A stretch of DNA of 64,000 bases, from contig OX597841.1 of assembly GCA_951406725.2 (NCBI GenBank), forward strand, positions 22,196,001 to 22,260,000, read 5' to 3'. The notes beneath the pieces are model-generated. The model did not search any database. It worked only from the letters and a program-made list of their open reading frames with translations, and was not told the DNA's origin. The stretch is from Octopus vulgaris (Eukaryota). A program made the translations under genes and the position numbers. Below are positions 13,231-27,369 of the stretch, piece by piece (within the stretch, counting starts at the first letter, position 1; the number at the start of each line of letters is the position of its first letter).

Positions 13231-13973
13231 CGCTTAGCTGGTCATTTGTCTGAAATCCGTGTTTTATCAGCAAGGAGATGTAAATCAAGTAGCGGAAAGA
13301 AGCAGACCATAAGCTAGTTTATATAGAGTAGGGATTAGTGGGGGGGGGGGGAGTCGGTGTATTAGGTGGTAACTCGAAGAGGGAGAAAGGGACAGACACG
13401 AGGGAGATTTTTCGTAGGGAATTCTCTGAAACAAAAATTACTGAAACAGCAAATGCCGAGAGTTGAAAGTTGAAAACTTGGGATTTTTTTTATATGTTAA
13501 TAAATGCTAAAAGAATGTATTTTCAAATCCTTTATTCACTGCATTTGCTGATATTCAAAGTAAACTGTATTGGACAATGATCTTCAATGGCAGTCATAAA
13601 TGACCGCTATGGTCCTTGTAGGAAGTAAGTAATGTTGATACTTGTAGAGTTAACCCTTGAGAATTTAAAGCGGCCATATCCAACCCAAATATTCTACCTA
13701 TTTTATGATCAAACCAGTCAGATTCAGCCTCTTGCACCTACCCTACAATGTCATTCTGAAAATAAACAATCATGTCATCAAAATTTGAAAGCTGTGAAAT
13801 AATGGGAGACAAATTGAAAATGATTTGAATAAAATCAGATTTGACAGAATAATCTGCAGGGCAAAGGGTTAAATTATCATTTACAGATGATTTACTACAA
13901 ATATCAGTGGGATCGCTTCGACCCCATATGAACACATTTGTGAGGTCATCTGCCATGTTGAGTGAATGACCTA

Positions 13974-14066
<93 letters not shown>

Positions 14067-15578
14067 TCAGCGATATGGCTTCTTTCCTGTATGGAAACGT
14101 CTGTGAGAAGCTAAACTGCTATTGCAGGAGAATGATTTACCACAGATGTCACAGTGAAATGGCTTCTCTCCTGTATGAATACGTTTGTGTTTGGTTAGGT
14201 TACCATGATTAGAGAAAGATTTACTACAGACATCACAGTGATATGGCTTCTCTCCTGTATGAATACGCTTATGTGCAGTCAAGATTCCGGCTGAAAGGTA
14301 TGATTTACCACAGACATGACACAGATATGGCTTCTCTCCAGTATGGGAACGTTTGTGAGAAGCTAAGTTGCCACTTTGAGAGAATGATTTACCACAGATT
14401 TCACAGCGAAATGGCTTCTCTTTGGTATGAATACGTTTGTGACGAGTCAACGCACACTGATGAGAGAATGATTTGTCACAAAAGTCACAGGGATATGGCT
14501 TCTCTCCTGTATGAACACGTTTGTGAGAAGCTAAGCTGCCAGGTCGAGTGAATGATTTACAACAGATATCACAAGAATATGGTGACTCTCCTGTATGAAT
14601 ACGTTTGTGTATAGTTAGTTTACCATTTACAGGAAAAGATTTGCCACAGATGTTGCAGTGATATGGCTTCTCTCCTGTATGAATACGTTTATGATAAGTT
14701 AGAGCACTGTAGTCAGAAAATGATTTACTACAGATATCACAGTGAAATGGCTTCTCTCCTGTGTGAATACGTCTATGAGAAGTTAAAGTACAACTGTGAG
14801 AGAATGATTTACCACAGATGTTACACTGATATGGCTTCTCTCCTGTATGAACACGTTTGTGAGATTTTAAATCCCCTCGGTGAGAGAATGATTTACCACA
14901 GACATCACAACGATAAGGCTTCTCTCCTGTATGAATATGTTTGTGTTCAGTTAAGTCATTATTTTGAGAGAATGATTTACCACAGATGTCACACTGATAT
15001 GGCTTCTCTCCTGTATGAATGTGTTTGTGATAATTTAAAGCACTTTTGTTAGAGAAGGATTTACCACAGACGTCACAGTGATAGGGTTTCTCTCCTGTAT
15101 GAATACGTCGTTTGTGTACGAGCAATTCGGAACTTGTACAGAATGATTTACCACAGATATCACAGTGGTATGGCTTCTCTCCTGTATGAATACGTTTATG
15201 AGAAGTTAAAGCACTACTTTGAGAGAATGATTTACCACAGATATCACAAGAATATGGTGTTTCTCCTGTATGGGAATGTTTATGATTAGTAAAAACACCA
15301 AGCCAAGAGAATGATTTACCACAGATGTTACACTGATATGGCTTCTCTCCTGTATGAATACGTTTATGAGAAGTTAAAGCACTACTTTGAGAGAATGATT
15401 TACCACAGATTTCACAGCGAAATGGCTTCTCTTTTGTATGAATACGTTTGTGCACATTCAAGTAACCCTTATGAGAGAATGACTTTTTACAGACATCACA
15501 GTCATGTGATAAGTTTCTCCCTCCTTTTTCTGCATCTTCAGGAAAAACTATCTCCTCTAGTTTTTCACTTTTTTCCAT
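14067..15578 (-). CDS. Poly-C2H2 zinc-finger protein, ~503 aa from MEKSEK, 17 fingers
   Basis: The ORF-track start at 15596 is GTG; the ATG homologous to the paralogs is at 15578; ends at a TGT>TGA stop with degenerate fingers continuing to ~13880. Confidence 0.9.
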   Translation of the reverse strand: MEKSEKLEEIVFPEDAEKGGRNLSHDCDVCKKSFSHKGYLNVHKRIHTKEKPFRCEICGKSFSQSSALTSHKRIHTGEKPYQCNICGKSFSWLGVFTNHKHSHTGETPYSCDICGKSFSQSSALTSHKRIHTGEKPYHCDICGKSFCTSSELLVHKRRIHTGEKPYHCDVCGKSFSNKSALNYHKHIHTGEKPYQCDICGKSFSQNNDLTEHKHIHTGEKPYRCDVCGKSFSHRGDLKSHKRVHTGEKPYQCNICGKSFSHSCTLTSHRRIHTGEKPFHCDICSKSFSDYSALTYHKRIHTGEKPYHCNICGKSFPVNGKLTIHKRIHTGESPYSCDICCKSFTRPGSLASHKRVHTGEKPYPCDFCDKSFSHQCALTRHKRIHTKEKPFRCEICGKSFSQSGNLASHKRSHTGEKPYLCHVCGKSYLSAGILTAHKRIHTGEKPYHCDVCSKSFSNHGNLTKHKRIHTGEKPFHCDICGKSFSCNSSLASHRRFHTGKKPYR

Positions 15579-18500
15579 TGTTTCTTTGAAATTCACAATG
15601 TATATATAATTTTTTTATTCTTTTTGCTTCTATAGTCTTTTGTTTACAAATATTTCGACTGCTGTATTTCTGTCCAGTGTTACCTTCGTCCCAAAACTCT
15701 TTAGTAAATTTATCCAAGTTTAATTCTTACACAGAGACACATCTTGTAGACACTCCAGCCAGTGATGTCCAGAAGGTTTGCTAATAACACAATTCAGAGT
15801 AAATATATCAGAGGAATTCCACCACAGATTTATAGAAACAATCTTATATATCTGTTTTCTACAATATTTCCATTTTGGTCTTTAAAAGCTGATAAATAAT
15901 GAGAATGTATCTTCAGTTATGCCAATGTCATCTGATATTCTGAAATAATAAAGAAACAACAGTGTAAGATATAGAGGCTACTTAAAAAAATACAGATTCA
16001 ACATTTCCATAGAGATAAACTCTAGAAATAAACATCTACCTAAACAGAACTAAACCTGGAACCATATATATACAGAGAGATATAATCGATACAAATTAAT
16101 TTATTAATTAATCAACATATTAACAATTGTTTCTTTTCTGAAATAAGATTAAAATCAGAGCGGTTGACTCGTTTTGCTCTTAGCCATTACAGCTTCCTTG
16201 TTATGTAGTTGACACAATCCGTTCTCTCTTCTGTTCCAGCATGAACCACATAAGATGAACCCTGAACCATGAACGTCAAGTGGTTTATTCTCCAGCCAAC
16301 TACCGACAATCTAATTTTCACTAGCTATGAAACAACCACGTTTCTATAGTTTTTACTATTTCATAAGTACCTTTTGTAAAAATACAGTTATATAAATCCT
16401 TTGTCTTGGCTTAACAGCCCTCATCATTTGCTTTTACTGTTTTGTTCTCACTGTCCTGTTCCTGTTACCTCTTTTACCCCTCCGCAAAAAATCCCAAATT
16501 TCATTTAACTTACTTTGCGGGAAGGACGGTTTCAACGAAGTCGCGTCTTGTCCTTACCTTCGAAATGTGGAATAGTTGAAACAGGGACAACTGAAGAAGG
16601 GGAATATTTCTTGTGTTGTATGTCTCGTTTTTCTGTGGTTTTTTCGTTGTTTGAAAAAAAAAAAGTTTGTTTTTCGTTGTGTTCAATGTTTTTTTGATGT
16701 CCTCAGCTCAAAGTTCACCCGTCCTGTCGAAAGACGCCTGTCTGTGATGTCCTCTTTTTGTTATTATTATTATCATTATTGTTTATACGTATTTTTGTAT
16801 TCATATTCGTGTAACATCGTCCATTTTTCTTCCAAGGAATCTAATGCGCTTGGCCAGATCGGAGCAATCTCAAGATTAATCAGCCGAAATTGCGAGGATG
16901 ATCCGGTTCTTGACTGAAGATTGAAGGCTTCGAATGTCCCGTCCGTGTTTTTTGTATCGTCTTCTAAATGCTTTTGCGTTTTTGTCCCAGTTTGTATTTT
17001 TTTACATATATACATATATATATATATATATATACACATATGTAGGTATGTACATATATGTATGTATATATGCATATATTTATATATTATATAAAACCTT
17101 GTTATCCAAACTTGGATTGAATGTAATTTGTCACACCAACGCACACGCAGCTTAACACAACACGGACAAGAAAACTGGATTCATGTTCGACTCCTCCCTA
17201 AAATAAGATATTAATGTTTGTCTCTCATAAAATGGTGTATCTTTAAGCAATAATAGATCTCTGAACAAATCGGACACAGACAGCGTGTCATAAGCCAGCT
17301 GGAGGAGATGGCTTCCTGGGGCTATAAACAACAGTAGCATCGTCCTCTATGGGTCCGCCACATTTAGGTGGCAAATATACTTACTCTCTTTACTTGTTTC
17401 AGTCATTTGACTGTGGCCATGCTGGAGCACTACCTTTTAGTCGAGCAAATCTACCCCAGGACTTATTCTATGTTTTGCCGAACTGCTAAGTTACGGGGAC
17501 GTAAACACACCAGCATCGGTTGTCAAGCAATGCTAGGGGGACAAACACAGACACACACATATATACGACAGGCTTCTTTCAGTTTCCGTCTACCAAATCC
17601 ACTCACAAGGCTTTGGTCGGCCCGAGGCTATAGTAGAAGACACTTGCCCAAGGTGCCACGCAGTGGGACTGAACCCGGAACCATGTGGTTGGTAAGCAAG
17701 CTACTTACCACACAGCCACTCCTATGCCTTGGTGTATATTTAATTTACATTTCATCATTATTTACAATTATTTAAGACGAGTAAAACGCAAATTCTTTTC
17801 CGGTTAATGCTTTTGTCTGTATTTAATTTCGATTTGCACATTGTTCGTCAATTCGCAACAAGCTCTTTAAAGTAAACAAAATCAAAATTTTAAATTGGGC
17901 GGGTGGGGGGGGAGAATTAATTATTTTTGACTTAACTTCGGTAAACATTTTAAGAAATTTTATATATATATATATATATATACTAGCAGTATTGCCCGGC
18001 GTTGCTCGGGTTTGTAAGGGAAATAACTATATAAGCATTTTTTAGAGAGTTACTTCCCTTATAGATGCCAATTCGGGCTTTCTTAGCCATTTCTGTTTTG
18101 GTGTCTTCAAGCCATGAAGTCGTTGTTCTAAAAGAACGCTGGTCTCCTTGACAACGCTTTACCACGTTGATTTCCTTACACTCCCTTCCCCACAGCTTCA
18201 CGAGGGAGGGAAGAAGGGGGAGAAGCAAACAGGTGCAGCTGTGAGCGTGGACGCCAACTCCGCCGCCATCAACACATGATGCATTTTATGCATTAAAATG
18301 GAATAAAAAATGATGTTAAATTATTTTTAAAATCGTAGACTCATCGTTGACGCGCGCTAATAGTCAGACGGGCTCGATATGAATCACGACTATAAGATAC
18401 CCGAATTTGGTTAAACTGCACCGCAAAATGTGGGAGTAGTTAGGAATCTAAATCGAAGGGGACAGACACTCACACAACTAGAGTTTTATATATAAAGATA

Positions 18501-18599
18501 TGCAAACATTTATATTCTGTGTATTTTATGCTAAAAATATTTTTTTTTCTGAAGTCGTAGTCTACGAAATAAACTGATCCACGGCCCTGAAAAGGTCGA

Positions 18600-19150
18600 G
18601 GATCTTTTCCTTTTGAACGGCTGACAATTTCTAGTTAAACTAAACACTTTAAAACTTCGTATACTGGTAGAATGTGTCAAAATAAAACATTTTTTTCTCT
18701 TGGCTTTCTTGAGAAAATTGTAATTTGTTTGTTTAATGTAGTTTAATTTTTCGAATTTTAACCAATCCTATGCTCGCTTTTGAGCTAAAATCATTTGCTG
18801 TGTCTAAAACTGAGACAACATCCTGTAACTAACCCAAAACCTCCCCCCTAACCCTAAATTTTTTTTTCTTAATTGTTACGCCTGTAAAAAAAACTAAAGC
18901 AATGGAATTAAATTAATTTAACAATTAAGAAAAACAAAGTTAGGGTTAGGGGGAGGTTTAGGGTTAGTTACAGGATGTTGTCTCAGTTTTAGACGCAGTA
19001 AATGATTTTAGTTGAATGGAGGTAATCGATTGGTTAAAATTGCCGAAATGCTCGGATTTTCAGACGAAATATCTTACAAACTATAGAATTTTCTCAATAA
19101 AGCCAAGAGAAAATGATGTTTTATAAACACATTCTACCAGTATACGAAGT
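18600..19150. mobile_element. Foldback member of the GGATCTTTTC family with internal TTAGGG-like repeats (single arms also at 45721-45930, 52146-52355, 61871-62365)
   Basis: ~250-bp inverted arms around ~18890. Confidence 0.75.
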
Positions 19151-19899
19151 TTCCGTCTTCCACATCCACTCATAACACTTTGGGCAGCCCAATGCTATAG
19201 TATAAAACACATGATCAAGGTACCACGCAGTGGGACTGAACCCAGAACCATATAGTTGGGAAGCAAGCTTCTGACCACACAGCCATGCATATTGGTTTTA
19301 ATAGTTTCATAACAAAATTCATGCAAAACAAATTCAAAATTAGGAAGAAATTGCCTTTATTCCAAAAGTATCCCACAGATAAGTTACCTGAGATGTGGTG
19401 ACAATCTATAGAGTTGGGAGGTTGTTACCAAACACTGTTGTATCTTCTCTCCTGTGTGAATACATTTACATTTTGAGAGAGTGTCCCTTTTTTTAAATTT
19501 CTTTAATGTCCACGAGGAGCTAAACATAAAGGGGACAAACAAGGACACACGGATCAAGTCAATTACATCGACCCCCACAGCGTAATTGGTACTTATTTAA
19601 TTGACCCCAAAAAGGATGTAAGGCTAAGTCGGCCTTGGTGGAAATTGAACTCAGAACGCAATGGCAACGAAATGCTGCTGAGAATTTAGCCTGGTGTGCT
19701 AACATTTCTGCCAGCTCGCTACCTTATTATTTTCTTGGCACAAAAGGAACTTTGACAATTACAGCAATGCCCTGATGAATAACTTGGTTATTGCCAAGCA
19801 GAATGCCTACAACACTATCACCAATTTAGGAGGAGCTCAAAATGCTTATTGTTCTTATGAATTATCACATTGGTAGTCATACATCTATATGAATAGATA

Positions 19900-20619
19900 C
19901 TGTAAATCCTTGAGTATAATACACAGGGGATTTTTAGGGGGCTGTACCTCTGAAAAACCTGAACATTGTGTATAATACGCACCCCTTCCCTATCTTGGGT
20001 CGTGCGTAATTAAGCCAGCAGCACCTAGTCGAACAAACACTCCCACGCATGCCTAATACAATAATGGTGGTGTTCTTAACTGTTATATGGGAATGTAAAT
20101 ATAGTTTCAAGTTGTTTTCGTTACATGTTATTCTGTATTCTGAATATTTTTATTTTAATAAATGTTGCTTACTGCAAGTTATGGATGATTCTTTTATGAC
20201 TTTGTTGCTTTCAGGCTTAGCTTAAGGTATTTTCGTGCCCAACATCACAAAATGTGTCTGAATAAACATTGCCGGACAGCAAATAGAGACTCGGACATTG
20301 CTTAGAAAATATTTTTCATTTTTAGCCTCGTATATAGTATGCACAAGGGATTTTGACCTTTAAATTTTGGGGAAAAAATGCGGATTATACTCGAGGATTT
20401 ACGGTATATGAGCATGTCTAGATATGCAACTATATGCATGAGAAGACATACATAAAACAAAGCATACAAATCTACACATATATATACATACAAAAATACC
20501 GTGTTGTTGATGTTGAAATTCTAATGAAGGAGCGTTGGATCTAGGTATATAGTACGCACTAGGGATTTTGACCTTTAAATTTTAGGAAAAAAGTGCAGAT
20601 TATACTTGAGGACTTATGG
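19900..20619. mobile_element. Tc1/mariner/pogo-superfamily non-autonomous element with duplicated right end (20404 and 20619); partial copies ~47585-47915 and ~53915-54243
   Basis: TIR C(C/T)GTAAATCCT(C/T)GAGTATAAT; TA duplication; empty site GAATAGATACACATTTAG in paralog at ~547-564. Confidence 0.8.
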
Positions 20620-21124
20620 TACACATTTAGTTAACACCAGAAGTACCGAGCGGTGACTTATTACTTATTACTTTTCAATTTCTACAACTGTTTAAAATGT
20701 GCAATCATGAGCATCATTTCATATATATGTCAACATATATTTATGTTTTGTATGTAAACGAATACTAAAAATGTATTTTCAAAGCCTTTATTCACTGCAT
20801 TTGCTTATATTCAAATAAATTGTACTAAATAAAGATTTTCAATGCTATGGTCCTTGTAGGGTTAACCCTTTAGCATTCAAAGTGGCTATATCTGGCCCCA
20901 AATATTCTACCAATTTTATGTTCAAACTATCCAGAATCGGCCTCTAACACCTACCCTAGCAATATCATTCCGAAGATAAATAATCACCTCATCAAAATTT
21001 GAAAGCTGTGAGATAATGCATGACAAATTGAAAAATAATGCCAATAAACATTACATTCAACAGAATAATTCTGCAGGGTTAAGTGTTAAGTGGCCACTTA
21101 CCGAAATCGATTTACCACAAATTG

Positions 21125-21765
21125 TGAGCCGCTCTCCGGCTATCTATCTGCGGCTTTATATAGCTATGGTAAGACCTCACCTGGAATTTGCATCACCGGT
21201 CTGGAACCCCTATCTTGCCCAGGATATCAATCATGTGGAAGTGTTCAGCAACGTGCAACCAAAAGAATACCCTCCATCAGGCATTAGCCATATTCTGAAT
21301 GCCTTACTTCCCTGGGCATGGACACATTGAAACTCTGACGTCTGGCAGCTGACTTGGCAGACGCCCATAAAATTATCAACCATCGTACAAACAATAACTC
21401 TGAGCACCTTTTCAAACTCCACCCGTCTAACACCTGTGGACATATTTACAAAGTCAGAAAACAGCACAGCTCCCATGACTTTAGGAAACATTTTTTCATG
21501 CTGAGAGTTGCTGAAGCATGGAACAAACTGCCGGCATCAGTTGTTAGTTGTTGGAGCACTGCATCCTTCAAAACTTCCATGCTTCCTGAGATTCGCCAAC
21601 ACTACACCTGATTTTCTCCCCTCCATACACACACAAGCATGTATCTGACTCATACACTGTTCGCTTCCCAGACATTTCTACATTACTGCATATACTCTAT
21701 ATGCACTTTCTGACAAGTTGTGGTGCACCTGAGCACTGTATACAATAATTTCATTATTATATCAT
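21125..21765 (+). mobile_element. CR1-group LINE 3' end next to a ZNF stop codon (other copies 37375-37500, 37735-37950, 59805-60182; ~56045-56240 on -)
   Basis: LY..MVRPHLEFASPVWNP...QRATKRIP...RKHFF..RV...WNKLP..VV...FK; (ATT)n tail. Confidence 0.88.
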
Positions 21766-21767
21766 TA

Positions 21768-23693
21768 TCAGTGGGATTGCTTCTTTTCTATATGAACACG
21801 TTTGTGAGAAGTTAAGTTGCCATGTTGAGTGAATGACCTACCACAGATGTCACAGTGATATGGCTTCTCACCTGTATGAATACGTTTGTGCATAGTCAAG
21901 CAACTACTTCTGGAGAACAATTTACCACAGGTATCACAGCGATATGGCTTCTCACCTGTATGAAAACGTTTGTGAGAAGCTAAGTGGCCACTTTGAGAGA
22001 ATGATTTACCACAGATATCACAGCGATAAGGCTTCTCTCCTGTATGAATACGTTTGTGGTTAGTCAAGTTATAATTCTGAGAGAATGATTTACCACAAAC
22101 GTCACAGGGAAATCGCTTTTCACCTGTATGAACAAGTATGTGAGAATTTAAAGCACTTTGTGAAGAAAATGATATACTACAGACATTACAGTGATACGGC
22201 TTTTCTCCGGTATGATGACGTTTGTGTGTAGTCAAGTAACTACTTGTGGAGAATAATTTACCACAGATATCACAGTGATATGGCTTCTCTCCTGTATGGG
22301 AACGTTTATGAGTAGCTAAGCCACTACTTTGAGAGAATGATTTACCACAGATATCACAGGGATATGGTTTCTCTCCTGTGTGAATACGTTTGTGGTTAGT
22401 CAAGTTATAGTTTTGAGAGAATGATTTACCACAGATGTCACAGTGAAATCGTTTTTCCCCAGTATGAACAAGTACGTGAGAATTTAAAGCACTTTGGTAA
22501 GAGAATGATGTACCACAGACATTACAGTGATATGGCTTCTCTCCTGTATGAATACGTTTGTGTGTAGCCAAGTTATTTTGTTGAAAGAAGGATTTACCAC
22601 AAATGTTACAGTGAAATGACTTCACTCCAGTATGAATATGTTTGTGCATATTCAAGCAACTACTTCGAGAGAAAGATTTATCACAGACGTCACAGTGATA
22701 GGGTTTCTCTCCTGTGTGGAAACGTTTGTGAGAAACTAAGTGGCCACTTTGAGAGAATGATTTACCACAGACATCACAATGATATGGCTTCTCTCCTGTA
22801 TGAGTACGTTTGTGGTTTGTCAAGTTATAATTCTGAGAGAATGTTTTGCCACAAATGTCACAGTGAAATAGCTTCTCCCCTGTATGAACACCTATGTGAG
22901 AATTTAAAGTACTTTGGCAAGAGAATGATGTACTACAGACATTACAGTGATAGGGCTTCTCTCCTGTATGAATACGGTTGTGTATAGTCAAGTTATTTTT
23001 TTGAAAAAATGATTTACCACAGACATTACAGTGAAATGGCTTATCCCCTGTATGGAGACGCTTGTGTGTAGTCAAGTTATTTTGTTGAAAGAATGATTTA
23101 CCACAAATGTCACAATCATAAGGCTTCTCCCCTGTATGAATACGTTTGTGTGTAGTCAAGTGAATTTTTTGATAGAATGATTTACCACAGATGTCGCAAT
23201 GATAAGGCTTCTCTCCTGTATGAATACGCTTGTGTGTAGCAAAGATACTTGCTGAAGAGAAAGATTTGCCACAGACACCACAATGATATGGCTTCTCTCT
23301 TGTGTGGATAAGTCTGTGAGCAATTAAATTACTACTTACAGAAAATGATTTACTACAGATATCACAGTGATATGGCTTCTCCCCTGTATGGAAACGTTTG
23401 TGAGAAGTTAAAGCACCATTCTGAGTGAATGATTTACTACAGATGTTACACTGATATGGCTTCTCTCCTGTATGAATACGTGTGTGAGATTTTAAATCAC
23501 TTCGGTTAGAGAATGATTTTCCGCAAATGACACAGTGAAATGGCTTCTCCCCTGTATGACTACGTTTGTGCATATTCAAACTGCTCTTATACGAGAATGA
23601 CTTTTTACAGACATCACAGTCATGTGATAATCTTCTCCCTTTTTCTGCATCTTCAGGAAAAATCATCTCCTCTACTTTTTCACTTTTTTCCAT
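21768..23693 (-). CDS. Poly-C2H2 zinc-finger protein, 641 aa, 22 fingers
   Basis: Uninterrupted finger array with leader [15 protein letters not shown]; ends ...KKQSH*. Confidence 0.93.
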   Translation of the reverse strand: MEKSEKVEEMIFPEDAEKGRRLSHDCDVCKKSFSYKSSLNMHKRSHTGEKPFHCVICGKSFSNRSDLKSHTRIHTGEKPYQCNICSKSFTQNGALTSHKRFHTGEKPYHCDICSKSFSVSSNLIAHRLIHTREKPYHCGVCGKSFSSASIFATHKRIHTGEKPYHCDICGKSFYQKIHLTTHKRIHTGEKPYDCDICGKSFFQQNNLTTHKRLHTGDKPFHCNVCGKSFFQKNNLTIHNRIHTGEKPYHCNVCSTSFSCQSTLNSHIGVHTGEKLFHCDICGKTFSQNYNLTNHKRTHTGEKPYHCDVCGKSFSQSGHLVSHKRFHTGEKPYHCDVCDKSFSRSSCLNMHKHIHTGVKSFHCNICGKSFFQQNNLATHKRIHTGEKPYHCNVCGTSFSYQSALNSHVLVHTGEKRFHCDICGKSFSQNYNLTNHKRIHTGEKPYPCDICGKSFSQSSGLATHKRSHTGEKPYHCDICGKLFSTSSYLTTHKRHHTGEKPYHCNVCSISFSSQSALNSHILVHTGEKRFPCDVCGKSFSQNYNLTNHKRIHTGEKPYRCDICGKSFSQSGHLASHKRFHTGEKPYRCDTCGKLFSRSSCLTMHKRIHTGEKPYHCDICGRSFTQHGNLTSHKRVHIEKKQSH

Positions 23694-24859
23694 TATTTTT
23701 CTTTGAAAATCACAAAATATATATATATATATGTTTTCTTCTTTGTACTGCTATAGTCTTTTGTTTGCAAGTATTTTGACTGCTGTATTTCTGTCCAGTG
23801 TTACCTTTGTCCCAAAACTCTTTAGTAAATTTATCCACGTTCAATCTGCAAACAGGCTCATCTTGTAGACACTCCAGCCAGTGATGTCCAGAAAGTTTGC
23901 TAATAACACAATTCAGAGTAAATATATCAGAGGAATTCCACCATAGATTTATAGAAACAATCTTATATATCTGTTCTGTACAATATTTCCAATTTGGTCT
24001 TTAAAAAGCTGATAAATAATGAGAATGTATCTTCAGTTATGCCAATGTCATCTGATATTCTGAAATAATAAAGAAACAACAGTGTAAGATATAGAGGCTA
24101 CTTAAAAAAATACAGATTCAACATTTCCATAAAGATAAACTGTAGAAATAAACATTTACCTGAACAACAGAACTTTCTAATTTACTAAAATTTAGATCAG
24201 AAAAATTTTGTGTGATGCTAACATATTTGTAAACTCCAGCTCCACATCCACAATTATTTTTATAAACAAACTAAGGTTAGGGTTAAAAAGTCGTTGTAGG
24301 ATCGACTACTTACGACTAGCTAGTGCGGATGCGCGCACCGGGACCACTGTTCGCTTGTAGTAACCCTACCTGACTCTGTTTCGAACTCACCCAACTTCAG
24401 CAACTATGCTGACCAATTCCTACTCCCGAACACAACAATACAAAATGATGAAGCAATACTCACAACGAAATCATTTCAAATAAGCGGGGGAAAAATAAAT
24501 AAAGAAATTACTCATTTTGCCCCGCTTACTGATTTCGTCCCTTTCCTTTTATCAAGAAATAAATATTTGGTGAATTATAATAAAGCATTGGATTCTTAAC
24601 ATTTCTGTGGTTGGAGTTTATTTGGGAATATTTCTCCATCTAAACACACAACAAACAAACGTAGAAACGATGGAAAATGTGGGAAAAAAATGAAGAATTA
24701 CTCATTTTGCCCCGCTTACTAATTTCGTCCATCTCCTTTGATCAAGAAACAAGCATTCGATAAATTATAATAAAGCATTGGATTCTCAGCATTTCTGTGG
24801 TTGGAGTTTATTTTAAGAACATTTCTCCACCTAAAACACACAACAAACAAACTTAAAGA

Positions 24860-25170
24860 AGAAACGATGGAGCGTGTAGGAGGTTCCCGCCATAGCTAGA
24901 AATAGCAGCCAAATTGGAACAAAATCTGATTCACAAAGTATTGAAAGGTTAAATGTTTTCGTTGTTTAATACTTACGGAAATGTCTTTATAAAGGATGGT
25001 GTTGTTGTTATGAGTGCGTCAGGTGGGAGAGAAATGTATTATAAATGTGTTTGGGAGAAATTCTAGGCACCAGGGAGTCTTGTACTGCAGTGATGAATGG
25101 AGACGGAAGAACGTTTAGTGCGCATGCGTATGAGATGTTGGTTTCAAATTTTTAGCACAAGGCCAGCAAT
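24860..25170 (-). promoter_or_regulatory. Promoter/exon 1 module of the 21768 gene
   Basis: TGCGCATGCG 25119-25128; donor 24971-24976. Confidence 0.62.
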
Positions 25171-25207
25171 ATCGAGGGAGGGGGGTGCCTAAGTCGATTC
25201 CGTGGAC

Positions 25208-25423
25208 CAGTGCTTTTCAAACTTTTTGCTGGAGCGGAACCCCAAGGAAACATTCCACTGGCTCGGGGAACCCCTGTGCAATAAATTAATAGTCTTATGC
25301 ACACATATCTACATAGGAGAATTAAAAATTACTGCCGATTTCAGCAGTTTTGTAACTTCTTGCGGAATCCCTGGACTGTACTAGCGGAACCCTAAGGTTC
25401 CGTGGAACCCTGGTTGAAAACCA

Positions 25424-25462
<39 letters not shown>

Positions 25463-25515
25463 CAAAAGAAGTCTCTACAGGATTCGATGAAGCCATATAT
25501 TGCACATTTTATATA

Positions 25516-25568
<53 letters not shown>

Positions 25569-25588
25569 GTGTATATTTAAAACACTAT

Positions 25589-25622
<34 letters not shown>

Positions 25623-25820
25623 TGCTTTTCAAACTTTTTGCTGGAGTGGAACCCCAAGGAAACATTCCACTGGCTCGAGGAACCCCTGTGCAATAAATTA
25701 ATAGTCTTATGCACACATGTCTGCACAGGAGAATTAAAAATTACTGCCGATTTCAGCAGTTTTGTAACTTCTTGCGGAACCCCTGGACTGTACTGGCGGA
25801 ACCCTGGTTGAAAACCACTG
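25208..25820. mobile_element. hAT (Charlie-like) MITE in two tandem copies (25208-25426, 25620-25820)
   Basis: TIR CAGTGCTTTTCAA...TTGAAAACCACTG; outer 8-bp TSD CCGTGGAC/CCATGGAC. Confidence 0.85.
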
Positions 25821-26243
25821 CCATGGACCTCAGCTGTCGACTTCCAGAAAAAAGGATATTTTCTAATGAAGTTCTCGACAAATTCGCTCCAGATGCTGTA
25901 GATTACGACTGTTTTGAAATTTGTTGTGAAAAAATCGTTTTACCGAGGGTGGGAGGAAAGCTTCTAAAAATTTGCAAAAGTCAGCTTTCTTTTCTCATAA
26001 TTTTGTTAAAAAATACTCGGGCGATGCTTCGGTATAGGTACACACGTGCCTTTGTTTACATTTCTGAAGATAACAGAAACCCTTTTCTTCACCCCCCCCC
26101 TATATATATAAAAATCAAAACCCTTTCTTGAAATGTATCCAGTACTTTTGGTACTTACACCGGTACATCTACCGAAGTTACGCCAATACTAGGATTTTTT
26201 GCGTGGAATCAAGTACCCTGACCTTATATATGCTGCAAATTCC

Positions 26244-27152
26244 GGATCTTTTCGGTTTAAACGGCAGTTTTTTCTAGCGGCGTCATATGAAATTGTCACC
26301 CATAATTATGACCCTAGTATCGATCTATTGCATTTCAATCTATTTTAGGGTTAGCGTTAGGAGCGGGGTATCTTATTTTCTTCACAAATGTAAATAAACC
26401 CAATCTGTTTCTTAAATGAGGGACATATTCATACGGCACAGAATGTTTTTCACCTCAATAGACGTCATTGATTGTTTGAAATTGAACAAAAAACAACAAC
26501 AAATATCTTACAAACTACAGAAATTTCTCAATAAAGCCAAGAGGAAAAGATGTTTTATGTAACACATTCTACCAGTATACGAAGTTTAAAATTTTTTAGT
26601 TACCTAGAAATTATGTTAAAAACTGCCGTTCAAACAGAAAAGATCTCCAATCTGTTTCTTAAACGAGGGACATGTTCATACGGCACAGAATATTTTTTTT
26701 ACCTCAATAGACGTGAGTGATTGGTTGAAATTGCCGAAATGCAAGAAATTAAAGACGAAATAGCTTACAAACTACAGAAATTTCTCAATAAAGCCAAGAG
26801 GAAAAGATGTTTTATGTAACACATTCTACCAGTATACGAAGTTTAAAATTTTTCAGTTACCTAGAAATTATGTTAAAAACTGCCGTTCAAACAGAAAAGA
26901 TTCCCAACCTGTTTCTTAAACGAGAGACATATTCATACGGCACAGAATGTTTTTCACCTCAATAGACGTCATTGATTGTTTGAAATTGAACAAAAAACAA
27001 CAACAAATAGCTTACAAACAATAGAATTTTCTCAATAAAGCCAAGAGGAAAAGATGTTTTATGTAACACATTCTACCAGTATACGAAGTTTAAAACTTTT
27101 TAGTTACCTAGAAATTATGTTAAAAAAACTGTCGGTCAAACCGAAAAGATCC
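26244..27152. mobile_element. Non-autonomous DNA transposon (Merlin-like), right arm triplicated (~250-bp units)
   Basis: TIR GGATCTTTTCGGTTT; perfect 8-bp TSD CAAATTCC at 26236-26243 and 27153-27160. Confidence 0.85.
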
Positions 27153-27369
27153 CAAATTCCTTATTTTGGTTCGGAAAAAAAGGGAGGGCCACCCCCGTCC
27201 CGGAATCATTGAAATTCCTTTTTTCCTTTTCGTTGAATGAATTCCTGTGACCTCCTAATATGCTGCAACCCCCTTTTGACGGGGTCCGAAAAACGGGGTG
27301 GGGTGAGGTGGAAGCCTCGGAGATTTCACCCCCAATCTCATTGATATTTTCACTAAGGAAAAAACAATT

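Noticed and set aside
12986-13317. YIYIYI-type ORFs here and at other TA tracts
   Set aside because: Translations of (TA)n microsatellites
16860-16940. Hammerhead-like words (GAAA, CTGAAGA, short complementary stems) in a possible Penelope-type terminal repeat at ~16050-16990
   Set aside because: The elements are not in an order that gives a type I, II or III hammerhead and stem II cannot be formed; an Infernal search would settle it. Element identity too uncertain to list
19430-19485. Isolated HTGEK finger remnant
   Set aside because: Less than one finger, flanked by a SINE; too small to call a gene or pseudogene
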